Assembly (NCBI GenBank): GCA_913009335.1
Contig: CAJVXN010000002.1
Location: 11,981 to 75,980 of the forward strand
Direction of reading: 5' to 3'
DNA: 64,000 nucleotides
Source: an uncultured bacterium
Lineage (GTDB): Bacteria > Omnitrophota > Gorgyraeia > Ghiorseimicrobiales > Ghiorseimicrobiaceae
A program made the position numbers and the translations under genes. This document shows, one piece after another, positions 46,797 through 56,407 of the stretch; the stretch's first letter is position 1; each line of letters opens with the position of its first letter. Below the pieces are notes generated by a model, which ran no database searches, had not been told where the DNA came from, and was given only the letters and a program-made list of their open reading frames with translations.

Positions 46797-49628
46797 CTAC
46801 TCTTTTATTTCTTTTAAAGGAATATTGTATTTAAATGTCATTCCTTCGAAAAGGGTTAGTTCTTTTTTGATTGAGACTTCCGGTAGGTAATGGACGGGTA
46901 TGCTGTTTATGTCTAATGTAACAGTATGCTCACCAGGAGAAGCTCTTCTAAAGAAATATCTTCCTGCGCCGTCTGTTTTTACGCTGGCGCCATTTTCCAA
47001 ACTTAATACAACGTCTCTTAATCCTGTATCTCCGTCTGAAAATCTTCCGTTTTGGTCTTTATCAATAAATACTATACCGGAAACTTCAGAGTTTGCCACA
47101 ATACCAAAATCAATATGCGCGATATGATGATGCGCAAGCAGTGTTGTTTGTATGGCAGGTACGGTTAAGACGTATCCTTTTGGCAGGGTCGTAGCATCAA
47201 TTCTAACATCTACTTCTTTTGCTTTTACCTTCTTAAATTTATAGTAACCTAAAATGTCTGTAGTTTCCTTTTTATTTCCTATGTAAACATCTGCCCCTTC
47301 AACAGGAGGCTCATCATTTTGCCGTAGGCCGTCAGAATTGTAATCTTTATAAACTAATCCTTCTATTGCACCTATGGTTTTCCAACTTGCTCCGGTATCC
47401 CATACATAGCGCATGCCCGCGCGGAAATCAAGCTCAATACGGTCATTCACAGCGTTATTATCCGCCCATACATTTCTTAGTCTGCCGGATATATAGGCCT
47501 CTTTTCCGGATTCAGGGCGATAATTTAATTCGGTGTATCCTTCGAGATAATCCTCCCCAGCTAAGAAGCTTAATACGGACTCAGAATTTTCTTCATCGCG
47601 ATAATTAAGACGAACACTTCCTGAAAGCTTCTCATTGATTTGCCCCGTCCAGTCAAGTCCTGTCTCCCATGCTTCAGGGCGAGTTAGGCCGCTGGTTTGT
47701 TTTTCTCGGGTCCAGGCGACTTCTTTGTTTATGAAATAATATAAATCAGATATAAGGTTAAGTCTTAAACCGGAGACTAATTTATGGCTTCTGTAGTCAA
47801 GGGATGGCGCGCTAAAGTTCGAGATATCATTATATTGATAACTAAAAAATGAACTTAGTCTTTCAAAGCTTGCAAATGTGTGAGTAAGTGTTGTCCAGGC
47901 GCTATGGCTGCGAAGCTCCGAGACTCTTCCTAGTTCATTCTGTAGAGAATAATCAAGACCCAGCGTAGTTAGTCTATCCATCCTGTATGTTGTGTCGATG
48001 TTCAGAGCTTGATTCCATCTATCCTTTTTTTCTTTACTGGGAAATAGCCTGTCGCGGAATACATCAAGTTGCATAGAGCTGTGTAATTTAGGAGTAAATT
48101 GGTAATCGATATTAAATAGCCCTCCTAATTCTCCTACGCGTGAGCCAAAACCTACAATCGTTAAGAATTCTTTATCTATGTCGCGTAATTCTGTTGAGAA
48201 ATTCAAATTAGGACGGCTGTATTGATATCGTAATAGCTGTGAGAAAAAATTGGTATCATGGGCGATTTCATAAGAGAATCCCCATTTATCAAAATTATAA
48301 TCCATTATAAAATCATATGTAAATTCCGGAAGATTTATTTCTCTATCTCTTCCCCATCCGCGGAAAATAGAACCACTGTATGTTTGTTTGTTATCTGGCT
48401 GGTAAACAAGCTTAGTACCGCCTAAGAATTTACTTTCAAGGGTTGCCAGACCCGGAGATAAATTGCCAAACCGTCCACCTCCTTCTCTGCCCCAGAAAAC
48501 CGTATAGTCTATTTTTTTATCAAAAGCCGGAGATTCAAGCATTACACCTCTAAGAGACGATGAGCCAAAGGAAAGATTTTCAACTAGTGGCTGGTAATCA
48601 AAACCTCTGATTGAAAAATCGCGGAAGTTGCGCCATCTTCCTTCGGTTAGCCCCATGGTTAGGTGTGTTAAGTCGGTATTTGTCTGTAATGATCTTATGG
48701 AAAAGGAAGAATCGAAATCTCCGTAAGGAGTGCCTCCTGTTATTCCCATGGAATGACTGTAGGCGTAAGTTTTCCTGTCTAAATCGTCTTTATCCAGGCT
48801 TGCGCCTTCTTCAAAAGATGACCAGTCAACAGAATAACGTATTTTAAAATTACGCTCTTTTTCTTTGGCAATAAGACTTTCTTCCGGGCTAAGCAGGCCC
48901 TCGGGTTTTTCAGGAGTTCCTAAAACACTTATTGTCCAGCGTCCGTTATCATCCCAGAGATGAATATAAGTATAGCCAAGCTGTTTAGCGGTTACCGAGT
49001 ATTTACTAGGGCTGATTTTTTCAATAGCAACAATTGGGGGCTGGGTTACAAGATGTCTTCTAAAATTCATCCCTTCAATTACGATGCTTTTTCCTATTTC
49101 AATCGTAATAGGTTGAATGACATTTTCAAATTCATCATCCAGGGTTAATATGCCGGATATTTTAGGAGTCTTTATTTTTTCTTCTTGCGTGATAAATTCT
49201 TGCGGGGTGATTTTTGCGGGGAATAGTTTTGCTTCGAAATCATCCAGATAAGTTGACACATCGTAATATCTCTTCTCCGGGATATCACGGATTACCTTGC
49301 CTGTTTGAAGTTTATCTAGATATCTCTCAACAGTGGTTTCTCTATCGTGCAAGATGTAGTTTTTAGATATTAACGGCTCATCTATTTCTTTACCTTCAAT
49401 AAGACGAATATATTCCCTGGCAAATTGATTATTGGGTTCTATTATTAAAGCTTTTTTGAATTCATGCAACGCGTCGGCGTATCTGCCGCGCTGGTAATAT
49501 GTAAGGCCCAGTTCGTTTAAGAATTGAGGCATCATCGCATAATTACCCCCTGCGTATACAGGCGCAAAGCCGGAACCTATAAATGTAAAAGCCAAAAATA
49601 ATATGCAAATTTTCTTAAAAATAGACAT
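46797..49628 (-). CDS. Usher-like outer-membrane protein (TPR, pilus-assembly N-domain, beta-barrel, two SdrD-B-like C-terminal domains)
   Basis: Signal peptide; TPR LG..YY..G.Y..A..EF.KAL..EP.N; I.IEIG.S...VTAK..G.T.I.LWD; long amphipathic beta region; D.N.DG and D.DQNG repeats. Confidence 0.65.
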   Translation of the reverse strand: MSIFKKICILFLAFTFIGSGFAPVYAGGNYAMMPQFLNELGLTYYQRGRYADALHEFKKALIIEPNNQFAREYIRLIEGKEIDEPLISKNYILHDRETTVERYLDKLQTGKVIRDIPEKRYYDVSTYLDDFEAKLFPAKITPQEFITQEEKIKTPKISGILTLDDEFENVIQPITIEIGKSIVIEGMNFRRHLVTQPPIVAIEKISPSKYSVTAKQLGYTYIHLWDDNGRWTISVLGTPEKPEGLLSPEESLIAKEKERNFKIRYSVDWSSFEEGASLDKDDLDRKTYAYSHSMGITGGTPYGDFDSSFSIRSLQTNTDLTHLTMGLTEGRWRNFRDFSIRGFDYQPLVENLSFGSSSLRGVMLESPAFDKKIDYTVFWGREGGGRFGNLSPGLATLESKFLGGTKLVYQPDNKQTYSGSIFRGWGRDREINLPEFTYDFIMDYNFDKWGFSYEIAHDTNFFSQLLRYQYSRPNLNFSTELRDIDKEFLTIVGFGSRVGELGGLFNIDYQFTPKLHSSMQLDVFRDRLFPSKEKKDRWNQALNIDTTYRMDRLTTLGLDYSLQNELGRVSELRSHSAWTTLTHTFASFERLSSFFSYQYNDISNFSAPSLDYRSHKLVSGLRLNLISDLYYFINKEVAWTREKQTSGLTRPEAWETGLDWTGQINEKLSGSVRLNYRDEENSESVLSFLAGEDYLEGYTELNYRPESGKEAYISGRLRNVWADNNAVNDRIELDFRAGMRYVWDTGASWKTIGAIEGLVYKDYNSDGLRQNDEPPVEGADVYIGNKKETTDILGYYKFKKVKAKEVDVRIDATTLPKGYVLTVPAIQTTLLAHHHIAHIDFGIVANSEVSGIVFIDKDQNGRFSDGDTGLRDVVLSLENGASVKTDGAGRYFFRRASPGEHTVTLDINSIPVHYLPEVSIKKELTLFEGMTFKYNIPLKEIKE

Positions 49629-49638
49629 ATCTATTTTA

Positions 49639-50487
49639 CTAACGCAGGTCTCCTATTTGTTTTACTTCGCCAAGCGCGTCTACCTCTATTGTTGCCTCAC
49701 GGACTACAATATCATTGGTGTCATGGGTTAGGGTGATAATGATGTCATATATTCCCGTTGGCAGCTTGTCTTTCCATGTGCTTGTTAATTTTGCCGTATC
49801 ATTCGGAAACGTATATATATTATTAAATAATCCGCGAGCATATACTCTACCCCCTCTATCGATGATTGAATATGTTGCTTTCTCGATTATCTGAGATATG
49901 TTTCCTGTATTTTTAAAATCCAGTGATATATCAAGAGATGAGTCTTCGTAATTTTTAGTAAATGAGAGATTAGAAAGGATTGCCGATCTGTCAATAAGTC
50001 CCTTTGGATGAATATAGAAAAGTGTTCCTATTCGCGTGGCTACCATTACGTTTACGCCTTCTTCGCCGACTGCGACGGGTTGGGTTTCAAAAAACATTAT
50101 GGCATAATGCCCTTCTTTTATATCCTCGGGCATTGTTATAGCATATGAGAGAACCTGAGAAGAAAAAGGCGGCATAATAAATTCAGAAGGGGCAAATGTA
50201 ATCCATGAGGCGCAGGAATATTTTGATGTACCTGCGGGCATAAATTTTTTATCGCCGTTTCCCGGGGCCACATAAATCCAGTCTTCAAGGTAGATTTTAA
50301 CAACTAATGGGTTTTCGGATGGATTTTCTATACGTATTTGTCCGGTTTCTGTTTTACCGGGGGTAATAATTGGTTTTAGTTTCATTTTGTCCACGCGGAC
50401 AAAACCATAAGAAAGTGTTGTGAAACTTAAAATAAGGGATAGGGATATTATGGCAGGTAAAAGCAGGAACATGCTTTTTAGTTTCAA
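49639..50487 (-). CDS. Periplasmic fimbrial chaperone-like protein (PapD/DUF916-like)
   Basis: Signal peptide; PG.T..G.I.I.N, WI.F.P.EF..PP, Y.I.FFE, RIG...Y, F.NTGN; two Ig-like domains. Confidence 0.65.
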   Translation of the reverse strand: MKLKSMFLLLPAIISLSLILSFTTLSYGFVRVDKMKLKPIITPGKTETGQIRIENPSENPLVVKIYLEDWIYVAPGNGDKKFMPAGTSKYSCASWITFAPSEFIMPPFSSQVLSYAITMPEDIKEGHYAIMFFETQPVAVGEEGVNVMVATRIGTLFYIHPKGLIDRSAILSNLSFTKNYEDSSLDISLDFKNTGNISQIIEKATYSIIDRGGRVYARGLFNNIYTFPNDTAKLTSTWKDKLPTGIYDIIITLTHDTNDIVVREATIEVDALGEVKQIGDLR

Positions 50488-50526
50488 AATCGCCTCCTCT
50501 TATTGCTGGTGAGAGTACATAATTTA

Positions 50527-50576
50527 TCCTTTATAGATAGGGGGCCATTTTACTACTACCCCCTACTTATAAAGGT
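50527..50576. terminator. Hairpin between the major subunit gene and the chaperone gene
   Basis: CCTTTATA..TAGGGGG...CCCCCTA..TATAAAGG inverted repeat. Confidence 0.5.
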
Positions 50577-50649
50577 TACTCTTTTATGTTAACTTTTACT
50601 CTGTAACTTGCTTAATTACTATTAGTTATAGATTATCACATTTGTTGAA

Positions 50650-51324
50650 TTAAAGCAATACTAAAGTAAAAGTAACAGTGCCAGAATAGGAGTCAGCTTT
50701 TTGATCCAACGGTATAGGTTCGTGTCCTGCGAAAGGAGCCCCGCCGCCGCTAGCATAAGGCGGAATACCGATATATGTCTGTATGGTTCTTAGATTAGCA
50801 GATGTTCCGCTGCTATAGAGCACTTTTCCTGTTGATTGAAGTGGCCCCCCAGTTCCTAATGACGCGTCAGCCGGCATTGCTTGCCCGCCGTTATCCGCTG
50901 GATTATAACCAGGTGTAATACTTACTCCTTTAGGGAGCACGCCACCGACCGTCCCTGATAATCCTGAACAGGTTGAGGTAATTTGGTATGGTGTACCAAA
51001 TGTCCAACCAGTCAAAAATACGGTATAGTAGTATGGACTTGCAAACCATAGACCCGCATCTGAACCATCAGTTAGGGTATGTGTTAGTGTACCGAATGTG
51101 ATGTTCTTTGCACCGGTATCTACCCATACATCATCAGTGTAATCAGTTGTTGTGCCCTGATCATCTACCTCGAATACAGTACTCATTATCAGTTCGTTTG
51201 TGCCTGATATCGTTGCGGATACCGTAACACTGTCAGTCAGCTGCGCGTGTGCAGCTACACCTGTAAAAAGAACCATAGCCGATAGAGCTAGCATGCTGAT
51301 AAGTACTTTTTTCATGTGTTTCAC
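50650..51324 (-). CDS. Probable major fimbrial subunit
   Basis: Signal peptide, strong AGGAGG SD, N-terminal DSVTVSATI, ITFG.L, Gly/Thr-rich, C-terminal ADSYSGTVTFTL pilin motif. Confidence 0.7.
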   Translation of the reverse strand: MKHMKKVLISMLALSAMVLFTGVAAHAQLTDSVTVSATISGTNELIMSTVFEVDDQGTTTDYTDDVWVDTGAKNITFGTLTHTLTDGSDAGLWFASPYYYTVFLTGWTFGTPYQITSTCSGLSGTVGGVLPKGVSITPGYNPADNGGQAMPADASLGTGGPLQSTGKVLYSSGTSANLRTIQTYIGIPPYASGGGAPFAGHEPIPLDQKADSYSGTVTFTLVLL

Positions 51325-51420
51325 CTCCTTTTGTTTTGTTGTTGTTATTGTTAATTTCCCAATACGCGTTTTGTTACTAAAAACTTTTTAATAGGTTTTA
51401 CTTTCTATGTTTTCAAAAAA

Positions 51421-52809
51421 CTAAATTTCCGATAGAGAATAGAGTATTTGTGTTGAATAATTACCTCTTTTTACGTCGCGAGGAACTTGCAGTTCATATA
51501 CAATTCCAAATTGCGTCGAAGTACCGTATTTATCGGATGTAAATAATATTGTATCGCCTTTTTTTACGGGTGACTTTGTCAAAATTTTTAAGTCTCCTTT
51601 TGTATCAATACTTTCTGTATTTACGGTAAAATATTTATCTTTTATGGTATCACCGGCTTTATTAGCCAAAAGGGATATTACATTTTGGGTTATTTGATAC
51701 GGCTTGCCTACATTTGTTTTGACCTCAATTAGAACTTCGCTTATCTGCGGAGGGTTTTTTGGGTCTAATTCAAGAAAGTTAATCCCTCCTGTTTCAGAGG
51801 TCGCGTTTATCTGGAATATTTTTTCATTTTCAACTTCCAGATTAAAGATATCCAGTAATCCGGAATTTAAAATTCCCGTACCCCGGAGAATATACTTTAA
51901 TGTGGTTTTATATCTACCAGGTCTCTGCCATGATAGATCTCCCAGGCGATAGGTGATAATAAAATTATCAGGATCGCCGCTTATATTTGAGGTGTAGATA
52001 ACTTGTTCTCGTTTGGATAATGTAGTTGACTGAGCGGCTGCTATCCCTCTTTTATTCCCTCGCACGTTAAAATTTACGCTTTCAAGAGCTAATTTTTTAC
52101 CTTCAAGAGAAGCCAACGGTTGAGGAATAACCTGAATGATTTTAAATTGCTGTCCCAAACCGCCGATTATATCAAAGCCAACTTCGAAGCTATGTTTTGT
52201 TTTATCCGCGTGTTTAAGTGATATTGTTTTTGAATTATCCTGTGTTTCTATGATGATTGCGTTTTCAACAGAGACTTCGGCAAATACATTTAGAACGACT
52301 GTATGCGAATTTTCGGATGAATCAATTGGCTCTAGGGTGTAGCTTATTCTTCCTCGGTACGATCCTGCGGGAACTTCAGAAGTAAGGAGTCGGTAAACTA
52401 GCTGGAATGAATCAGGGGTACCTTGAGTATTAGAGGTATATAAAATAGACCTGGAAAGCGATACAGGTATTTCGTTGGTAACTGAAAGAGTGCCGTATTT
52501 ATTTGTGCCGCGGATGGCATATACCCGTAAGCTGGTATATGGAACTTCGTAGCCGGTTACAGTACTTAATGGATTTAAGACTTGCTGAATTATACGATAT
52601 TGTTTACTTATATTTGAAGTGACTCGCAGCGTAACTTCTTTATTTACAACACCATTAGCTTGAGCTGAAATATTGCCAAAGCGGATATTCTGTCCTCCTT
52701 CAAACGGAGTTACAGAAAGGCTAAATGCTGCAAAAGCAACATTACCAGTTAGCGTGAGTATTGAAAAAATCGCTAGGAAAATAACTGAAATTTTTGGTAG
52801 GTTTTTCAT
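51421..52809 (-). CDS. Secreted protein with three tandem pilin-like domains
   Basis: Three ~145 aa repeats ending PAGSYRGRISYTL, PGRYKTTLKYIL and RGNYSTQILYSL. Confidence 0.65.
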   Translation of the reverse strand: MKNLPKISVIFLAIFSILTLTGNVAFAAFSLSVTPFEGGQNIRFGNISAQANGVVNKEVTLRVTSNISKQYRIIQQVLNPLSTVTGYEVPYTSLRVYAIRGTNKYGTLSVTNEIPVSLSRSILYTSNTQGTPDSFQLVYRLLTSEVPAGSYRGRISYTLEPIDSSENSHTVVLNVFAEVSVENAIIIETQDNSKTISLKHADKTKHSFEVGFDIIGGLGQQFKIIQVIPQPLASLEGKKLALESVNFNVRGNKRGIAAAQSTTLSKREQVIYTSNISGDPDNFIITYRLGDLSWQRPGRYKTTLKYILRGTGILNSGLLDIFNLEVENEKIFQINATSETGGINFLELDPKNPPQISEVLIEVKTNVGKPYQITQNVISLLANKAGDTIKDKYFTVNTESIDTKGDLKILTKSPVKKGDTILFTSDKYGTSTQFGIVYELQVPRDVKRGNYSTQILYSLSEI

Positions 52810-53101
52810 TGGGATACTCGCCTATTATTATAATCCTGCGGACAGGATTTGTCAATGCATTTGTACCCGTGTTTGGTACAATGGCGCATCCCAATTGAAT
52901 TGTTCATTTGGAACCCGTGGCACGCCGATTCCTAATGGCGTTATAAGTATAACATATAATATAGCAATGTCAAGGAAGGGCCGATATTGAAGGAAAGCGC
53001 TTTCATAGAATATCTAACTTGTTTATTAACAACAGGTTTCGACTGTAATTAAATATAAAATAGCATCCTCTGTCCTATTTTTTTTCGAATCACAAAAAAA
53101 C

Positions 53102-53129
53102 TTGCTTTTTTTGTTAAAAAACGTATAAT
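53102..53129 (+). promoter_or_regulatory. Sigma70-like promoter
   Basis: TTGCTT-16 bp-TATAAT just upstream of the 53142 ORF. Confidence 0.5.
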
Positions 53130-53141
53130 AATGCATAAGTT

Positions 53142-53600
53142 ATGGAAGATTTAAATAATACCACCCCAACTGATTCTATGCCTGTTTCTGGTGCTCCGCG
53201 AAAAAATAACCTTCGTCCGGTAAAGTTTATTATTGTTTTTGTAGTAGGGATTTTAGCGGCAAAAGGAATATTTGTTATTCTGGATAAAAAGGTAATAAAA
53301 CAAAAAACTACACAGACTAAACCAATGTCTCAGGTAGTTACAAAAATAACTCGATCTTCCGAAAGAAATAACGCATCTATAAAAAAGGATGTCTCGCCTG
53401 TCTCAGTTCTCCTGCCTCCTTCTTTTCCGGAATTAACACTAAACGGTATTGCCGCAAGCGGTGAAAGCGGATGGGCGATTATTAATGGTAGAGTTGTTAA
53501 GCCCGGAGATAAGATTAAGGATGCCAAAATCGTAGGAATAACTGAGGAAAAAGTTTATCTTGATTTTAAAGACGAGAGTTTTACGCTTACCTTCGAGTGA
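53142..53600 (+). CDS. GspB-like type II secretion/pilus accessory membrane protein
   Basis: One TM; C-terminal L.LNGI......AIING.VV..GD.I....I..I....V.L. Confidence 0.7.
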   Translation: MEDLNNTTPTDSMPVSGAPRKNNLRPVKFIIVFVVGILAAKGIFVILDKKVIKQKTTQTKPMSQVVTKITRSSERNNASIKKDVSPVSVLLPPSFPELTLNGIAASGESGWAIINGRVVKPGDKIKDAKIVGITEEKVYLDFKDESFTLTFE

Positions 53601-53685
53601 AAGAGGCAAAGGGGTTTGTGATGATTAACGTATCAGTGCTGAGCTTTCCGGGGTAAATTCTGACAAGCTGCTTCAATATACAGAA

Positions 53686-53970
53686 TCATTTCAATAGATC
53701 TAATCCCTGCAAATAATCTTCATATTCCAAGGGCGCAGCAACACCTATTTTTCCTAAAAAATCTATTGCCGAACTCAAGGGTATTTTTAATTCACTAGCT
53801 AAAGATCCTAAAGAAATCTTCCCTTCTCTATACATACAAAGAAGATGAAATTCCCATCCCTCATTAATTAACTGACGTGCTGCCTGGGATTGATCTGCAT
53901 TATTTTCTTTTGCTAATTTCTTTATATGGCTTAATTCCTCTTGACCAAGTCGTACACTCAAAACACTCAT
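53686..53970 (-). CDS. UPF0175-like putative antitoxin
   Basis: N-terminal RHH-like SVRL; YREGKISLG..A..L. Confidence 0.75.
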   Translation of the reverse strand: MSVLSVRLGQEELSHIKKLAKENNADQSQAARQLINEGWEFHLLCMYREGKISLGSLASELKIPLSSAIDFLGKIGVAAPLEYEDYLQGLDLLK

Positions 53971-54470
53971 TTTTCTCCCATCCTCCTTTCTATTTTACTC
54001 GTTGCATCAAAAATTATTCTATCGTTGTACCTGCCTAATTGCTCCAGCCGCTCTAACTTTACCAAGGCAAGTTCTTTACTAATCCGCTTTTTATAAAACA
54101 CATCCAATAAAAAATGCACAGCTGTAACAAATTTAACTCCCAACACCTTACAGGCCTTGATTGCCTGGCCATCGTCTGTTGCTAATATCGCCTGCTTTTG
54201 CTGCGCTAATAATAATGCTGACGCTTCTCCTTCAGCAAGAACAAAATCATCCTGGAATTTTTTAAACAATGTCTGGTTTTTGACTTTCATCACTCCAATC
54301 TTGCCAGTATTAATAAGCTCGATAATAATCTTGGCATCAAGAAGCTCAGATTTACAAGTCGCTTCAGCCTTTACCTCTTTAGATATAAAGACTTCACGAG
54401 TGTGTACTATAGTTTTTAATATATCCAGCTTTGCCAATAAAATTAATGTCGAAGCATCAAATACGATCAT
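53967..54470 (-). CDS. PIN-domain (DUF3368-like) putative toxin
   Basis: IVFDAS.LI.LAK, V..E, L..GEASA..LA, TDD..A. Confidence 0.8.
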   Translation of the reverse strand: MIVFDASTLILLAKLDILKTIVHTREVFISKEVKAEATCKSELLDAKIIIELINTGKIGVMKVKNQTLFKKFQDDFVLAEGEASALLLAQQKQAILATDDGQAIKACKVLGVKFVTAVHFLLDVFYKKRISKELALVKLERLEQLGRYNDRIIFDATSKIERRMGEK

Positions 54471-54666
54471 CGTCCTGCCTTTGTATACATTCTACTACTA
54501 AAGTATACACCAATGAAAGATGTCTGTCAAGATCTATCATTTCTTTTTTTATGCCCCTGATTTTTCTAATAAATCTCTTCTGAACGTCGCAAAAGTGATA
54601 GTTTTTGCGACACTGTTTAATTCGTAAATATTTGAAAGCGAAAGGGAACGCTTCTATTTTTCTTTT

Positions 54667-55758
54667 TTATTCTCTAAGGCTTTCAACAGATTTTTGGATT
54701 ATTTTTAAAGGGATGCCCTCTTTTATGATAACCCGGCCTATTGCCTTAGGAAGGACAAATCTATTTTTGCCATGAATAAATTTTTTATCAAAGGATTGGG
54801 CCTTGATAATACTATTTAATTTTAAACCTTTTATTTTTGATGGCAGGCCGATATTCGCAAGAATATCTGTAATACGTTTTTCTTCTTTTTGATTTGTAAA
54901 TATTTTAAGTTTTCCTGCGATTCTTTGCGCAGCAAGCATTCCTAAAGCTATTGCTTCTCCGTGAGTGTATGCTTTAAACCTCCCTGCTGTCTCTATGGCA
55001 TGTCCGATAGTATGGCCATAATTTAGAATAGTGCGTATCCCTTTTTTTTCTTTTTCATCAAGCGATACTATCTTAGCTTTAATTGCTGCACATTTATTAA
55101 TTATATGTTCAAGATTTTGATTGTTAAGATTGAGTATATTTGAGTAATTTTTCTCAATATATGAAAATAATAATTTATCTTTAATTATGCCGTACTTAAC
55201 CGCCTCTGCCAGTCCGGCCCTTAGCTGTTTTTTAGGCAGGCTCTTAAGAAGCGATATATCACATAAAACAAGGCTTGGCTGGTAAAAAGCTCCTACAAGA
55301 TTTTTTCCGCAGTCAAGGTCAATTGCCACCTTGCCTCCTATGCTGGAGTCAATTTGCCCAAGAAGTGTAGTAGGTATTTGTATATAAGGTATCCCGCGTT
55401 TATACACGCTTGCGATGAAACCGGATAAATCCCCGATTACCCCTCCCCCCAGGGCAATGATAAATACGCGTTTTCCCTTTGCATATTTAGATACCTTATC
55501 AATGAGCTTAAAAGCTATTCTTTGTGATTTGCTTTTTTCGGAATCAGGTACGCATTCAAAGCGATATGATATGCCGCCTTTTTTTAGGCTATTTTCTAAT
55601 TTTGCACCGGCTATTTTCTTAATTTTGGGGTTTGTGATAATTAACGCGTCGCGCCCAATATTAAGTTTCTTAATACAGCCCGGTAAATTTTTTAAAATCC
55701 TGTTGCCTATTAGAATCGAGTAGTTTCTTTTTCCTAAATTCAGTTTTATTTTTTTCAC
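54667..55758 (-). CDS. aroB: 3-dehydroquinate synthase
   Basis: GGGVIGDL, PTTLL.Q.DSSIGGK, KNL.GAFYQP, LNYGHT.GHAIE; GTG start created by a mini-element. Confidence 0.96.
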   Translation of the reverse strand: MKKIKLNLGKRNYSILIGNRILKNLPGCIKKLNIGRDALIITNPKIKKIAGAKLENSLKKGGISYRFECVPDSEKSKSQRIAFKLIDKVSKYAKGKRVFIIALGGGVIGDLSGFIASVYKRGIPYIQIPTTLLGQIDSSIGGKVAIDLDCGKNLVGAFYQPSLVLCDISLLKSLPKKQLRAGLAEAVKYGIIKDKLLFSYIEKNYSNILNLNNQNLEHIINKCAAIKAKIVSLDEKEKKGIRTILNYGHTIGHAIETAGRFKAYTHGEAIALGMLAAQRIAGKLKIFTNQKEEKRITDILANIGLPSKIKGLKLNSIIKAQSFDKKFIHGKNRFVLPKAIGRVIIKEGIPLKIIQKSVESLRE

Positions 55759-55806
55759 CCAGCCCTTCCTTCTTAATTTTACCACTGCCCTTTAGGAAGG
55801 GCGGGG
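55758..55806. mobile_element. 49-bp mini-MITE inserted in the aroB start codon
   Basis: TIR CCC(A/C)GCCCTTCCT...AGGAAGGGCGGGG; TTCA duplicated at 55754-55757 and 55807-55810. Confidence 0.75.
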
Positions 55807-55810
55807 TTCA

Positions 55811-56407
55811 TTATATGCCTAATATTACGATTAAGCTTTTAACAATCGGCCAGATTATAAAATCAAATAATCCTAACCAGATAAGGCCAAAAAGAATTAT
55901 AAAACCATAGCGTTCAATAGCTACAAAGTATTTAATCAGTCCTTGCGGTAAGATGCCGAGTAAGATACGGGAGCCGTCTAATGGAGGTAGGGGGAATAAA
56001 TTAAATACCGCAAGTACAAGGTTTAGGGTAACGAATAGTTGTAGTATGTATAAGCCCGTATTATTAAAGATATTTGCTTTTATCAAAAGGCTGCCAAGAA
56101 AAGCCATGGCAAAGTTAGCTAATGGGCCAGCTAGGCCGACAAGTGCAATATTGCCTCGATTGCCAAGATTGCGAAAGTTGATCGGTACTGGTTTTGCCCA
56201 GCCAAAAATAAAGGGTGAACGCATCATAATAAGCATTAATGGAAGCACTATTGTACCGAAAGGATCAATATGTGCCAATGGGTTAAGGGTAAGCCGTCCG
56301 GCATATTTTGCCGTAGGATCCCCTAATTTATACGCGCACCACCCATGGGCAAATTCATGAATAACAACTGCCACATAAAAAACAAGAAGTGAGATAAATA
56401 TTGTCAT
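55811..56407 (-). CDS. Site-2 protease (M50) family protein
   Basis: HEFAH, GDPTA..AGRLTLNP, AGP..N, FNL.PLPPLDG. Confidence 0.93.
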   Translation of the reverse strand: MTIFISLLVFYVAVVIHEFAHGWCAYKLGDPTAKYAGRLTLNPLAHIDPFGTIVLPLMLIMMRSPFIFGWAKPVPINFRNLGNRGNIALVGLAGPLANFAMAFLGSLLIKANIFNNTGLYILQLFVTLNLVLAVFNLFPLPPLDGSRILLGILPQGLIKYFVAIERYGFIILFGLIWLGLFDFIIWPIVKSLIVILGI

